In this document: positions 47,201-60,466 of the stretch, in pieces
How the letters are laid out: the number at the start of each line of letters is the position of its first letter
Position numbering within the stretch: position 1 is the first letter of the stretch
Source: Takakia lepidozioides
Lineage: Eukaryota; Plantae; Bryophyta
Reading direction: 5' to 3'
Assembly (NCBI GenBank): GCA_030704615.1
Contig: CM060732.1
Coordinates: 26,536,001 to 26,600,000 of the forward strand
DNA length: 64,000 nt
The notes under the pieces: generated by a model
What the model was told of the DNA's origin: nothing
Database searches by the model: none
The model's input: the letters and a program-made list of their open reading frames with translations, nothing else
Position numbers and translations under genes: made by a program

Positions 47201-49514
47201 CCAGAGCGTAAGATCATTGGAGGGGAGATTTCATTGGTCACCAGGTCATTCCCAGCATCAAAATCGAAGTACTTGGGATTGGGCCGCCGCTGTCTCTTGT
47301 TGTCTCCATTCCCATCACTTGGGCTTAAATAGGGAGACGAATTACCCTCATGCCCAAGCCCAGAGCCTAGTGGGACTTCCAAAGCCGTCCGTTGCTGCTC
47401 TTCAGCCTCCACTCTCAAAAGCATTGTTTCCAACACCTGCACAGCCAATTATTCTGTCAAGTTTTGAGGCCTTCTATTTGAGAACTCTACACCTTTTACC
47501 TGGCCACAGGTAACACTTGGATACCTTCAACCCAAGAGATAACCTATGAGGATTGAGTACAAACAACCATTGAAATACTTTTGCTTCTTGACGGTTCTTT
47601 GTCCTACAGGCCTTCGGTGTCTACGCAAATTGACACAACTTAGTCTTCATTGCATCAGATGTACAACCCCCAAAGAATATGCCTAAAAAATTAGATATGA
47701 AGCCCTCGCATAGAGAGCCATGAAAAGGAACAACTCCTACACGTAGTCTGGACACAAGGAAACTATCTACAGCAACACTGTAAGCTGGCGTCTTGGTGTA
47801 CCTCAAGTTGGGCAAGCAGCTTCTTCCTTTCAACTGCAGGGTCTTTTGATTTTGAAGTGGCTGAAGATCACAACAACATCATCAGAAATCCACAGGCACA
47901 CTAGTCCGAATGACAGATGATTGGGGACAATCCAGATAACCTGAACCAACCTCACTTGCACAAACTCTGGATTAAAATTTTCGTTGTCTTTAATAGATGT
48001 GCATCTGTGTATGTCCCTGTCTTTAAAATTGCAAATATATTGGTGTCCCACGCTGAGTGAATAGCATAGGAAAAAAGAAAACGCCTGAACCAAGCCTTTC
48101 TGTTTCTGCATCCATTCTCTTGCACATCTCTCTCACTCATGTCTACACATCAGCCCTCTGACTTGGATTAGTTCTTGGCCACTTACAAGCACCAAAGCAA
48201 ATCTTCTGACAGAAAGATGAACATTATGTGGGGCTACACCCCCACTACCCTCTTTCTGCCAGACTTGAACTACAGATAGATCCCATTTGCCTTGTGCTTA
48301 TCCCAGCCAACATTAATGATAACTTGCTTTCAACATGGAAGGATACTACAATGTGTACAAACAAACTCCTATCAAATCCTCACAAACTTACATGCTGGAT
48401 CCTCATTCTCATCAGAACCATCCTCATCAGAATCTGGACTTCCATCACTTCCCTCCTCTTCCTCAGCAGCTTCATTAGCATCACTCCCTTCGGCATCTGA
48501 CACTGCGAGACCGGCACCGCCACTTTTCACCAAAGACTCAACTTGAATGACTTCATCCTCTGTCGCTGGAAGAACTGTCCCATCTTCTCCAACCTGCATT
48601 AACACCAAGATAATTACACATTCAACCCAAAGACACCAACATGCATGAATAACTTGATGAAAATCAATAGATTCATAGTGTGATGGAGTGCAGCATAATC
48701 GGCCCTTAACATTCATATGTCAGTACTCTGTATAGGAATCCAAACCAAAAAATGATATATCAATGTACGAGCCTCATAAACTCTGTAGTCAGATTTGAGA
48801 GTAACTAAAGATTAAAAGGTAGCCACATGCAAGGTAGAGAAGAGCACAAGAGATGAACCAGGACAAATCATCAAGGAAAAGAAATGACAACGACAAGGAA
48901 GGACTCCCTATAGAATGCAGTCTCATTACTTAGAGAGTAAACCCAGAGGGTGCACACATACTGAGTTTCTGAGTCAACACCGGAGGACTCAGCCCAGACA
49001 TAGTTTTAGCATTCACATCATCGAAAATGAGACATAAAACCAAAAAGAGAGAGAAAGAGACAACCTAACTAGCATAAGTGGGCTGAAAAAAGCTTCCCAC
49101 TTAAGACTTTCAAAGTCTGTTCTTCATTGTGAATAGACAAAAGACTGAAATGCCATAGGAACCCCAATAAAAAAGACAACACATTTAGATAAGAACGCCT
49201 GCCCAAACTGCCATAAAAGAAAGCATCTTACCCACACAGTAAATACTGCCCTCCTTCCAGGCAGCGAAATTTTATAGCTTCTCATTTTCCTCATTAGACT
49301 ACAGTAATGTCTTGTCATTGTGCTTACTTCAATTGAAAAATTGGAAGGTACCTCTATAACCACATAACACAAATGTGCTTCCCAAATGATTAAGAATACA
49401 TACCCGGACCAGCTTGTAGACCAGCCGTTCTGCAGCGACTCCCTCGGTTTCAAAAGAATCCGGCGTCCACAGGGAAGACCTTTCATGACCCTTATCCTCT
49501 TTAGGCTCCAGCAT
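44202..49514 (-). CDS. TRF-like (TRFL3/TRFL6-type) telobox Myb-domain protein, multi-exon
   Basis: N-terminal LVYKLVR|VGEDGTVLPATEDEVIQVE; central LDNLSIRELHEAFRTTYGRETSVKDKHWLKRQI; KRQRKPNRRYIEE; C-terminal Myb RRKHHRPWTLREVMTLVEGVARCGGGKWADIKKLAF...RTAVDLK|DKWRNLLRAS; tail IPAPILARVRELA...HRK*. Probable 5'-UTR exons extend to ~51250. Confidence 0.9.
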
Positions 49515-49628
49515 CGCCAAAAGGCCACACTAATATACAAAAATTACATAGACAAAATCCTGCCCATGTAAAGGCAAGCATGAGTTTAGAGGCTGGACAT
49601 TACCCAGATGTAAGATTCGTTTCCTGAA

Positions 49629-49630
49629 AA

Positions 49631-49662
<32 letters not shown>

Positions 49663-49678
49663 ACGTCACACACACACA
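49629..49678. repeat. (CT)n/(CA)n microsatellite
   Basis: Directly visible. Confidence 0.9.
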
Positions 49679-50321
49679 TACAGAGTAAACCTTGAGACAA
49701 CATGCACAGCCAAGCAGCTCCAAAATGATTGTGCTGTGTTCCAATGAGTTACCACATTGAAATTGCTATTCCCTGGCTCATGGCAGAAATCTCATAGCTT
49801 GAGGCTTACCCGTCCTCTTGCATTCTGCTTTCATACAAGTTATAGACTTCCCTTGTGATATACCATTGAATGGAACAGAGAGAAAAGAAGAGTTCCATCC
49901 CAGACCGGAGTCCCAGTACAAATACTAAACTGAAATTCTGATGCCAGAACTTCCAGATCTCTGGTTGCTTTACGACTTACTCAAGAACCATCCTCTGTGT
50001 CTCTCAGCTAACCACAAATCAACCAAGGAATGAATAGGGAGAAATGGTTGAGACTTTTAGAAAGACTGTTTCAAAGGATGATTACCACAAAAATCCAGGC
50101 ATCTTAGGACCTTAGAATAGGGCCTGTTTCATGAAGTTGCCACATTTTGTTTTTGGCAGCAATCACAGGCCACTGAGTAACAGTGTTATTATTAGGTTGG
50201 CTTCAGATCTCTTCATCAGAATCATACTTCTGAGCCTCATTTACAAGGCTAGAAATAAAATAAACTACAGAAGGGGAAAATGTCTCCATCTACCAAACGT
50301 ATCACCAACCTTTCAGTGAAA

Positions 50322-50360
<39 letters not shown>

Positions 50361-50373
50361 GTTAGAGAGAGAG
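50322..50373. repeat. (GT)n(GA)n compound microsatellite
   Basis: Directly visible. Confidence 0.9.
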
Positions 50374-52300
50374 AAATTCTTAAATCATTTGAATTAGTGG
50401 ACTTGATGCCGAGGAAACAGCCACAAGGCTTTGCGAGGGCGAGAGAGTAAACTTTCTCTGGTACCAACACTCGTTCATGTACCACGAAGCTCATAAGATA
50501 GCCTCAAAGATACACTAGAAGGAGCCTAACATCCGGTCAGTAGGGGCACGGAACAGCGAGTCGCAGGGAGCGTATGAAACAGGACGGGGAAGATGAACAG
50601 ACAAATTTCGAAGTTCTTGTCCAAAACCTTCTCTTTGTCAATATCAGACAGGGCACCAAGATCCAGGAAGCCAGGAAGAGCGCTAGGGGTAAGAGACATG
50701 CAGATCCCTAAATACTTGATGTGAAACAAATTTTCTTGCCATTTCCTAAGATTTAGGCAACTACACACATTGGAATGCAAGTAAAAGAAAGAAACAATTC
50801 AGTGCAGTAGTATACTTACAGCACACGTCACGAATCAACCTTGCGCAATCTTCTGCCGCCAAGTATGGAAACAAACTTAGGAGGCCAGATATCATTAAAA
50901 GCAACAGCGATACTCAGAAAACTGATGTGGAGATGCCAATTTGGTCCAGCAGACGGCCATAGCGTGGATGTAAGCAAGCATAATCGGAGATGTGAGGAGG
51001 GAAAGGAGGCAGCGTGTCTCGCCTGCTAGACCTGCTTTGAGAATTGGAAATAACGCACTGTAAATGGCAGAGCGAGCCTGCAAGGGTATCTTTTCCGCGA
51101 CTTGCTGGTGTTGTGCAACCACTGGCTCCGATCAGCTGCGATCCCCATCTGCAGATCGTGCGCTCCCCGCACCTCCATGCTGCCACCAACTCATCCGCTC
51201 CCACTCGGCCTTTTTTTGCTCGGAAAACCCTGAATTTGCATCAGCCCGAATCTGAAATTCGGTATCCGACGGTGGGGATCTTGTTCCTTGACCTCTATTA
51301 CTTATTTCCTACAAAGCGTCATGGATGAAAGGTCAATATGGACGAAAGTAACGCCAACGTGTGTCCTTTTGGATGTAACGTTGTGGATCATCCATCTGCA
51401 CATCGGATCAGTGTTTAGTAATTCAAATTTTCCTAACGATCATACTTTCTTTTTCTTTTTCTTTTTCTTCTCTTTCAAAGCAGTTTTTTTTCAATATTTT
51501 GATTAAAAGGGCTGTGGAGCTGGATTCCTCCTCACCTGTTTTCTCGACTTGGATGGAGGGAGGGAGAATGCGCTCTAGATGATTTAGAGATGGACGGAAC
51601 CAGGATGTAGTCTGGATGAATTTGCGCTTTGTGCATGGGCAACACTTACGGCTTTATTATATGTTGTCTTATTCTAACAGCAGTTTAGGATTAGATTAGG
51701 ATGGAACTGGATGATGTGGCTTCTTTCTATAGTTAGGCTGGAACGACATCTGGCTGGCCCATATATATGTGCCGCGTGGCACAAGGATTAGATTATGACC
51801 TAATACTATTTAAACTACACGTGGCAGTAAGGGTGGTGGTTTTGCTCTCACGTTTGTACGAATACTGAGTGACGGTGTGCTCAAGTGCTAGCATGAACAC
51901 TCTGTGGATGTTTGTGTGGATGTTTGAGTCTGTCGCGTCCTCTTCGTGAGATTCTGTCTTCTCTGCTTGGCCCGTCTACTGACTACATTCTCCTGATAAA
52001 GCTGAACCTGGTAGAGGAAGGAGAATAAACCCATAACGCCGGAATCGTGCTTCACAGGGCCTCCGTCCCCTTTTTAAATTTTTTTTCGTTTTTATCTCTT
52101 CTTTGACATACCTTAAATTTAAGTAAGTGATGTCGGGTGTGTTTTTTTATGTAGATTTGGAAAATAATACGAGTGGATACTGAGTTTTGCAAGAAATAGC
52201 CATATTTTTTGTTCATCCACTGAAATTTGGATAGAATCATCCTCCTCAGTACCATGACTTCACGGCGCACAACTTTCATTCAGAAAGTTTTTCATCCGAG

Positions 52301-52548
52301 GTCATCCAACGATTTGTCATCGTGGCGAATCGATTTCTGATTTCTGACGCAATCCGAAACGGGTCGTCGTCCATTAGGGGTTAACCAAGCGGCTAGTCAC
52401 GTAATGGCTCCTCCGAAGAAAAATTGTCATCCAACGATTTGTCATCGTGGCGAATCGATTTATGATTTCTGGCGCAATCCGAAACGGGTCGCGTCGTCCA
52501 TTAGGGGTTAACCAAGAGGCTAGTCACGTAATGGCTCCTCCGTAGAAA
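52301..52548. repeat. Tandem duplication of a ~122-bp unit containing a piggyBac-type terminus (...GTCCATTAGGGG-TTAA) plus its flank
   Basis: Units 52301-52421 and 52426-52548 are nearly identical; TTAA at 52381 and 52508. Confidence 0.85.
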
Positions 52549-54177
52549 TGAATTTTTCTTTTGTATTAACTTAATATTAAAAATACGTAGATATAACATT
52601 AAACCCTAGTAAACGCCTGCAAGGCCCAAAACGGGCCGATGGTTGGGCTTAATTGGTGTCATGGCGCAGAGCTGAGCCTAGTCTTTGACCCTGGAAACAC
52701 AACGTCGTTGGGATCTGCATGCAAGACCAATTGATTACATTCGATCTGAGGGCCGAGATCTTGGGTGTTTTGAGGCTGGGAGGTTGGCTGGGCCGGCTCT
52801 CGCCTCTTTCACTGGCTTCTCTCTCATACACTACCTCGCGCACGTTGCTTGTAGGTTCCCATTTGCATGTTGATTGTGTTGCAGGTTATCATTACAAGTT
52901 TCATTCTCCTGCAGGTTGCCGTGTGGTTGGCTTGCTCTCGCCGTCATTGTTGTCGTGCTGAATCCCATGCGCTTCACGTCTTGTTCTTTGGTTCCACTTG
53001 TTTGCTTACTGGTGTGTTGTCTAGCTTTGTTGCGCATTGCGCCCGCTTGTCTGCTTGGATTCAATAGAGGCGGCGGGGAGTGTCAACTTGTTGTTATAGC
53101 TACCTTCAACACTCCACTGCTCTTCCACACCTAGCTAAGCAAACAGCTACAATTGCTGAATGGGCAAGGGGCCTAGGGGCGAATGAGGAGCAAGTGGCTC
53201 AACTTGTTGGGGCCCTGAACGAGGACTACTTAGTGCAAATGAAATGCCCTGCAATGATCACTTGGCCGGCATTTTCATGTGCCAGCCAATTTCTGCTACC
53301 GAGTAGGTTGAGTGGAAGTAGGAGGGCCATCCTAGTGGGTTCTCTTCCGACATCAATGACCTGCTGAGGAAGTCAGTGTGGCCTGATTTTGTTGTATCCT
53401 CTACAAATAGCCACGTCGATGAGGCTTGGGGCTTTGGCAAGGTCACTGGGTAAGTCCAATTCCTACGCTGCAAGTCAATTTCAAGACCAACCCCCTGTCA
53501 CCTACTCGTTGAGAAGCTCTCAAGTTGAGCACCGTGATGTGGCTGGTCATAGCCAACGCCTGGAGGAATTGGGGGTGGTGGGATTTGCAATTGCCTGATG
53601 CAACCTCTTCCTCCACCCCCCATGTTTGGGTTTACGGCACTGTAATTAAGTGCACATGGGACATCGTGACAGAAATAGAGCTCTGGCTTGTATGTTTTGT
53701 GGGCGTTCACTCAGTATCCTCCCACTTGTGTTAGTTGATAGACCTAGATGTCGATCGCATTATCTTGTTCAGTGGAACAGATATTAGGGGTGGATGCTTG
53801 TGCTATGAATTCGAACAGTGAGGGGTCAGACTGTAATGACTCGAATTCAGATTTTGATCCGGAGGAGGAGGTGAGAGCTAACCTTGCTTCTGTTGTAGAG
53901 CCTAATTTATGGGAATTCTACGTAGACACTAGGGTGTCTAGCCATGAACTTGGTCGGTACTCCCTGCCCAAAATTGGTTGGAGTGGGAGGCAGTAGACAT
54001 GTTTAGGGATGACATGTGGAATAGTAGTGAGCAAACTCTGCCAGAGGTGAGGTGGATTGGGGGGGGGGGGAGCACCTAGAGGAAGAACTCCATTAGGTAA
54101 TGATGCACTGCATGTGGATTTCTGTCCTATACCGTGTAGTGAACTCGAACGGTAAGCGAAAGGTATATTCAAAAGCT

Positions 54178-57100
54178 CACTACTATATTTAGGGGGGGTT
54201 AGCGACATGTCATGCGCATACATATCGCTACACAACTACATCGCTGTCCAAAACCACACAACACATGTGCACACCACACACTAGTATACCACTAGTCCAC
54301 CACTAGTCTAACCACTAGGCTGCCACTAGTCAGTCGTTAGGCTGCCCACTATGGCAGTCACTGGTCCACCACAATCGCCCCTCTAGCTGGTGCTTAGGTC
54401 CCTCGAAGTCTAGGTAGCCACAAGATGTGATAGTGACCGTAGCCTCACTAAGTCCTCCACCACTGTCCCTACTACACTCAAACTCGATAGATCAAGAGGC
54501 CAGGTGCAAGAATTGCCCATAACAACTGTCTTAGAGCCTATTCCAGCCCCCTACACCTGCCACTTCAAGAGCCATGCTCTATCTAGGCTTGAGGTTGAAA
54601 CCCCACCTCGCATATACCCTACAAGTGCTTTTCTTTCACCCAAGTGGGAACCAGCCCTAGCCCTTCCATTCTAGCTCTCTAAAGCTTAGGCATGCTCCAC
54701 ACATGCCCCACTCTCACCACAAGAGAATCAGCCCCTTTGCTTCCTTTCTTGCACCCACCAACCTAAAAATATAAGCTTCAGCGGGCTGGAAGCATGCTCC
54801 ACACATGCCCTACAGGGAAACCAACCCCTTCATTTCTTTCTTGCACTCCCAAACCTAAAAGTACAAGCCTTCAACGAGCTAAAAGCATGCTCCACATATG
54901 TGTTACCCTCACATAAGAGAAGTCAGCCCTTCCCTCTTCCTTGCTTGCCCTCCAAGCTTAAAGATGGAAGCTTTAATGGGCTGCATGCATGCTCCACACA
55001 TGCATCCTCTTCACACAAGAGGTAATATCAGCCCCTTATCTTGGCTCTTTGGCTCCTTGATGCTCTCTAAGACAAGACTAAGCACTCCACAGCCCTTACC
55101 AAGCTCCTGAAACCCTAAGGCTTACATTTCCAGCCACAAGACACTTCTCTTGTGGTGCAAGAGCTCTTCTTCCAAGCTCTGAAACCCTAGGTGCAGATTT
55201 CATGGCCTTGCCGCACCTCTTAGCTCCTGTTCCACCCCTGCTTTTGCCATGACAAGAGCCCTCACAATGCTGAAGCTCGAGATTGAAACCCAATCTCAAC
55301 ATACTCCACAAAGTGCACTGATTTGCCCAAAGCCAAATCAGCCCTTTCGCTTGGTCACAATCCTTCACACAATGAAAACTCGCATTCCCAAGTCTAGTTC
55401 TCAGCTTTGCCACCAAAGCCACTATAACCTGCTCTTGACTGGTCCTCTTCCCAATCGTGCTTGCTCATGCATGTACACAATCTGAAACCATCAAGGTGCT
55501 CTGGAATTACCTGCAGCATGGTGCTTTCATCTCTGAAGCTGAAGATCGAATGTCAAGGTCTACCACCTCGTAACCCACATCGCCTCCGCTTCTAATAACC
55601 AAGAGCTCCACAGTGCTCCTTGCATAACAACCTGGTTTCTCTCATTCTCAAGCAAAAACCACAAGTGCTACAACTAACTCGTATCTGGCACTCACAGATA
55701 CGAGCTCATCTTTCTCGAGTGATAAAGATGAAGAATACAAGCACAAGCTCATGCGAGCTCACAAAGCTGAAGCATAAACTCATGCATATATAACCTCATC
55801 ACTCAAATACAAGTCAAGCCAAGTGCACCCCACGCCATGGGGAATCCACACTACGGCGCCATAGCTAGGCGCGGTGAGGCTCAACTCGAGAAAGATGATC
55901 CTCCCGCACTTGCCGTGAAGATAACCACTCCAGGGCCTAAATCTGCCTTGACCCCTGGATTGACACTTGGGCCAATCCCAAATGTCAATATGTAAAGCTA
56001 GCTATTTCCTAGCTAGTTTCACATAGTGGTGAAATAACTTGACAGACGCCCAACCCCCCACGCCCGATTCTCCGTGCGACGCCATCGCCGTGACGGTTTC
56101 TGCGACGCCCTGAGCGTCGCAGAAAATTCTTGCGAGGCGTCATAAGGTGGCCGAGGGACTGCCAAATTGGCCAAGTCCCTACCTGCGACGCCCGGGGTTC
56201 AGACTGCGACGCCTTAGCGACGCCCAGGGCGTCGGCGCTTCAAGCACCCCGGGAAAAAAATAATATATATATATTTTTGCGACGCTTTGGGGGTTGTTGT
56301 TTGGGAGCGATGCCTTGGGCGTCACATTTGATATTTGTTTTTAGCCAAGTCCCTACCTGCGACGCCGGGGTTCAGGGCGTCGCTTCATGCCAAAAAATAA
56401 AAATAAAATAAAAAATTAATGCGACGTCCTGGGCGTTGCTTTTGCTTGAGTTTTTTTTTTTTTTGATAAGTCATTTTTGGGTTTCTGCAGTAAAAGGTTC
56501 AGGAAAAGCGACGCCAGAGACGTTGCTTACATTTGAGCGACGCGAGGAGTGTCTCTTCGAGGTCCCGACGAGCAACCGATGTATGCATGAACTACCTTAT
56601 GTGCAATTAAATCATGAGTTTGTGTGTAAGTTTTGTAAACTGATATGTTGGTTAGAGTGAAGTGTCTTACTATGTGTATAATGTAGAGGTCTTGAGTTCA
56701 AATTTGCCTAACAACATGTTGAATGATTTATGAACTCGATATGTGTTGGCTACTTGCAAACACATGCTCATGGGTTAGCTTCACTACGTGACAAGTATGT
56801 GTCCTACCATTTTTTGAACCGTGTGAATCCCGCCATTTTTTTAAATTCAAAATTCAAAAAAACCTCAATAAGCGATCCCCAGGGTGTCGCTCCAATACAG
56901 TGAATCCCAGGGCGTCGCTTTAAAAAAACGACGTTATTTTATTTTTATTTTTATTTTTTGCCTTCTTATATGGCAATAGCAATGCCCCGGGCGTCGCAGT
57001 CATTGTGACACTTGGGGCGTCACTAATGGGGATTTTCAGGGGGGGTGGATCTACGACCCTCCCCAGCGTCGCCTTAAGTCTGGAATTTGTGGCGTTCCCA

Positions 57101-57230
57101 TAGCGACGCCGAGAGGCGTTGCAGATTTGTGATTTTCGCCGGCCTGAAAATACGCGATTAGCGGCGCCTGGGGTGTCACTGGGGCATCGCTACCCCCCCC
57201 CCCCCCCCCCCCCCTCCAAATGGAGTAGTG
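54178..57230. mobile_element. Non-autonomous CACTA/En-Spm element
   Basis: Termini CACTACTATATTT(G)n TAGCGA / TCGCTA(C)n...AAATGGAGTAGTG; many GCGACGCCC/GGGCGTCGC subterminal repeats (56045-57190); flanks GCT/GAT (imperfect 3-bp TSD). Confidence 0.8.
54208..56044. mobile_element. Probable solo LTR (~1.84 kb) inserted in the CACTA left end
   Basis: TGTCA...TGACA ends with flanks GACA/GACG. Removing it restores TAGCGACGCCC, matching the opposite CACTA end. Non-coding, with about 4 internal ~85-100 bp repeats (GCATGCTCCACACATG...) at 54690-55040. Confidence 0.55.
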
Positions 57231-59806
57231 GATAGAAATGTACTAGGTATGAGAAGATGAAGGGGTGGATTTGACTCATGGTATGGGCTAATCAGTAGTG
57301 ACGTGGCTCCTTTCTGACTCTGAAGATAAAGGGCACATCGTCTCTATGGACGATTTTTTCTCTAGCCCTGTTCTCTTCTACGACTTGGCTAGAAAGGGGA
57401 TCTATGTCACTAGCACAGCCAAAACCATTCGTGTGGGTTTTTCGAGTTGATTGGATTTGGGCCAAAAAAAAAAATGGGAAGGTTGCAATGATGCATGCAT
57501 GTTTCAGGGAAGATTGTGGCATTGGCATGGTCTGACAAAAAATGTGTGAACCTACCAAGAATATTCAAGACCAATTGCGTGGGTTAGTGTACAAACCTGC
57601 GACCACAAGCGGTGGCACAAGCTGTACTTACATTCTGTTGACATGAGCTTGGTGAATGACTACATCCTCTACCAGCATTGCGGCAAGGGGTCGTACCCCT
57701 CGATCACATTTGCTTTTCAACTTGGAAGTGGTTAATGGTTTGATTGGTGGGTGGGTTGGTCCCAGGAGAATAGTGATATCAGGGGCGTCTGTAGCAAAAT
57801 CTCGAATCAATTTTTCTGATCAATGATCATGTATCGTGATGGGAAGTTGTGGTATTGTTGCTTCCACAATTTGCATGTTTATCAAACCAACGAGTTGTTT
57901 GCTTGGGATTTACTGAACACCAAGGTTGAATTTTCTTTCACATAATTTGCTAGGTTTTGTCTTTTTATTTATGATCCCAAACACAAGATTTTAAAGCTTG
58001 GAAGAGGCACATTGCCTGAGGGGATCATTATGCAGCAGTGTGCTTGACTTCTTTGGCGCCGAAGTTGTGATCTGTGATTATGAATGTCAGCCGCAGTACC
58101 TTCTAAACATGTTACTAGGTTGTTGGTAGTTGTGTGAGCATTGAGGACAACTGCAAGGTCACATGTGTGACTTTGCTTATGCCTCGGTGACCTAGGGGTG
58201 CTTGCAAGCATCGAGATCATTGGGATTGGAAGCTCTGACATACAGTTTTTAGTCTATGGAACACTTATCATATGTTTTGGGTATGTTTCACTGGCAGCTC
58301 TACCAGTCGGCATACGCCAACAACTTCGTGCAAGCTTTTGGCAGCCTGAATTGTAAAACCAGCACACCTCCTCATCTAGCATCTCCTTCTCCCATGTAGT
58401 TTCAGTTGACGAGCTCGAGAGCTCGTCAGTCTGCCACAGCCGCTCGCAGCGGAAGTAAAGAGGAGAGACAGCAAAACATTTCGGGCAGCTCTCTGAAATT
58501 TGGTTTTGTACAATGGTTTGTTAACTGTGGCGCTGCGGTTTGTTAGTGGCCAAGTGCAACCAGACCCTAGTATTGTCGGACCTGCTAGCTAGCAGGCCAG
58601 ATAGTAGTGGCTAATGGCCAGCCAACTAACAGCTAGATGCGCCAGAGGCATTACTTGTTAAGATTTTGATTTATAAAATCCTTTATAGAACCTATCCTTG
58701 AAAGAAGCAGTAGCCACAAAATGAAGTTGTTATTAGTTATGTCAGCTCTAGGCAGAAGTCTTTTATCTCTATAACAAAAATAGTATCATTAATTGATTGA
58801 ATGTCTTTTTATTTTAAAAATTAATTAATTGATTTGTAAAGTTACTTGAACATTGTTGTCAAAAGTCCGGAGCAATGTGTAGTCCTAGTGATTTTTGCAA
58901 GTAATTCTGGTAGTTCCAGTAGGTGGTTCAGTTGGATGGTGCACTTAGTGCCACTCATATGAGTCTCGTTTCAAATTATGTTATTTGTTGAGTCTGAAGC
59001 AATCATTTTCCTCTTCTTTTGGGGTGGTGTCCCTTGAGCCTCGCACTGATCTCACTCCCTCCGAAATTCACACAATTTATTTTTTGTCTTTGTTTTTCAA
59101 GGAAAGGGGACAGTGGCCCTTTTAATCAAATTAGTGAAAAAAAAGTCACAGAAGGTGGAAAAAATAACCACCCATGGGCCGTGCAGGCTTACTGTAGGGG
59201 AACTTCCCCGTGACCTTAGCAAACTAGCCAAAATAATCTGGAGATGGTATTAGCAAAGAGTAGGGGTAGGATCTAGGGAGTAGGCCTAGCAAAGAGAACC
59301 TAGATTGAGAACTAAGAGCAAGTACTTAACATCATCTAGAGAGAGATCATAGGTTTCAAAATTTCAACTGGGCTCTGAACTTGGGATCCCGAGCTTTTTT
59401 GCGACACCAATTGAACTCTCCCTCCTCCTCTTAATCACCAAGGGACTTCCCATTGAGGGGGGATGAAGTCTTGCCAGTGAAAATGCAAGTAAGGAAGACG
59501 GGTGCCGAGCATGTTGCTTTTGCCCCAAGACTACTCGAAATTTTGGAACAGAATTGGGCCCAAGCTACTTTGAAACAGTGTTTTTATTTCTGACTAGAGT
59601 AAGAAATGAAGAAAGTCAAAGAGGGAAGTTGGCTAACATTTAACATAACAATAAGTTATAGATACTGAGCGCACCTCTTGCAAAAGTTACGAATACTGAG
59701 GCATGCAAGCAATCAATGCAGCTGCGTTGTGTGAGGAGGAAGACAATCATGGCAATCAATGCAGTTGCGTTGTATGAGGAGAAACATGTCCTATGCTGTA
59801 ACCGCT

Positions 59807-60021
59807 CTAGGGGTGGTCAAAACGCCTTACTAATCCGGGTATACAGTGTAGTGCTAAGCTTAATATAGGGTACATATACATATACATACTCACCTCCCAA
59901 CCGTCGGTTATCTATTTGCTCTGTTTTGTAAAAATACCCTGTATGCGGTTATATATATCTACTAACCGAGGTGGTAACCGACTCACTAACCGGGGTAAAG
60001 TGCTATACCCGGCCAACACTG
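59807..60021. mobile_element. hAT-like MITE remnant
   Basis: Ends TATACCCGGCCAACACTG like 875 and 3162; AACCG subterminal repeats; no TSD found. Confidence 0.4.
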
Positions 60022-60429
60022 GTTAGAATGCTTCCAATTTTTTTGTGGTGGTGAGTTTCTAGGCAAGGAACAATATGACCAAAGGAATTCACCCTATGAT
60101 GAAAAATTGGACACTTTTGAGGCTGATTTGGGGTCAATTGTAATGGATGGTCTTTTTGATCCACCTATTCTCCCATACAAAGCAACCCTCATGTGGTCTT
60201 GGAATTTGGTTGTGATATTTTGGCCCAAGGTGCTCTAGATGCCGGGCAATCATAATATGGATGGCCAATGAAAATTCATTTTGCCAGGCCAAATGCTTGG
60301 TCAAACCATTCTCTTACTCCAAAACTAGAGCACAGTAGATATTTGCAGCTTGGATTTTTGTTATAATTTTCGATGTTTGTCAAATGATAGATATGCCCTC
60401 AAGCATGTGGGCATGTTCCGTTTTGGAAT

Positions 60430-60466
60430 GGGCCCACCAAAAAGGGGCTCGTCCATTAGGGGCTAA
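60430..60466. mobile_element. Degenerate piggyBac-type terminus
   Basis: CGTCCATTAGGGG-CTAA is identical to the 52368-52384 terminus except TTAA>CTAA. Confidence 0.45.

Larger units (their letters stand above)
52603..57880 (+). mobile_element. piggyBac-superfamily transposon, copy 2 (interrupted by CACTA, with an internal deletion)
   Basis: Left end TTAA-ACCCTAG...AGGCCCAAAACGGGCCG resembles copy 1. 53130-54065 is homologous to the copy 1 N-terminus (IAEWARGLGANEEQVAQLVGAL; DVAGHSQ; SDFDP; ELGRYSLPK). 57255-57880 encodes KGHIVSMDDFFSSPVLFYDLARKGIY, WSDKNV, DQLRG, KRWHKLYLHSVDMSLVNDYILY and a CCFHNLH terminus. Right TIR uncertain (candidate 60451-60466). Confidence 0.85.

Noticed and set aside
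56045-57190. CRISPR-like array of GCGACGCCC repeats
   Set aside because: The repeats are short, irregularly spaced and in both orientations; they are CACTA subterminal repeats in a eukaryotic genome with no cas genes.
58915-58980. Degenerate tRNA/SINE-like head (GGTGGTTCAGTTGG...GTTTCAAAT)
   Set aside because: Only weak A/B box similarity and no second copy in the window.
59190-59470. Possible LTR/PBS junction (minus strand TGGTGTCGC after ...TTCAAT)
   Set aside because: No second LTR, TSD or coding remnant to support it.
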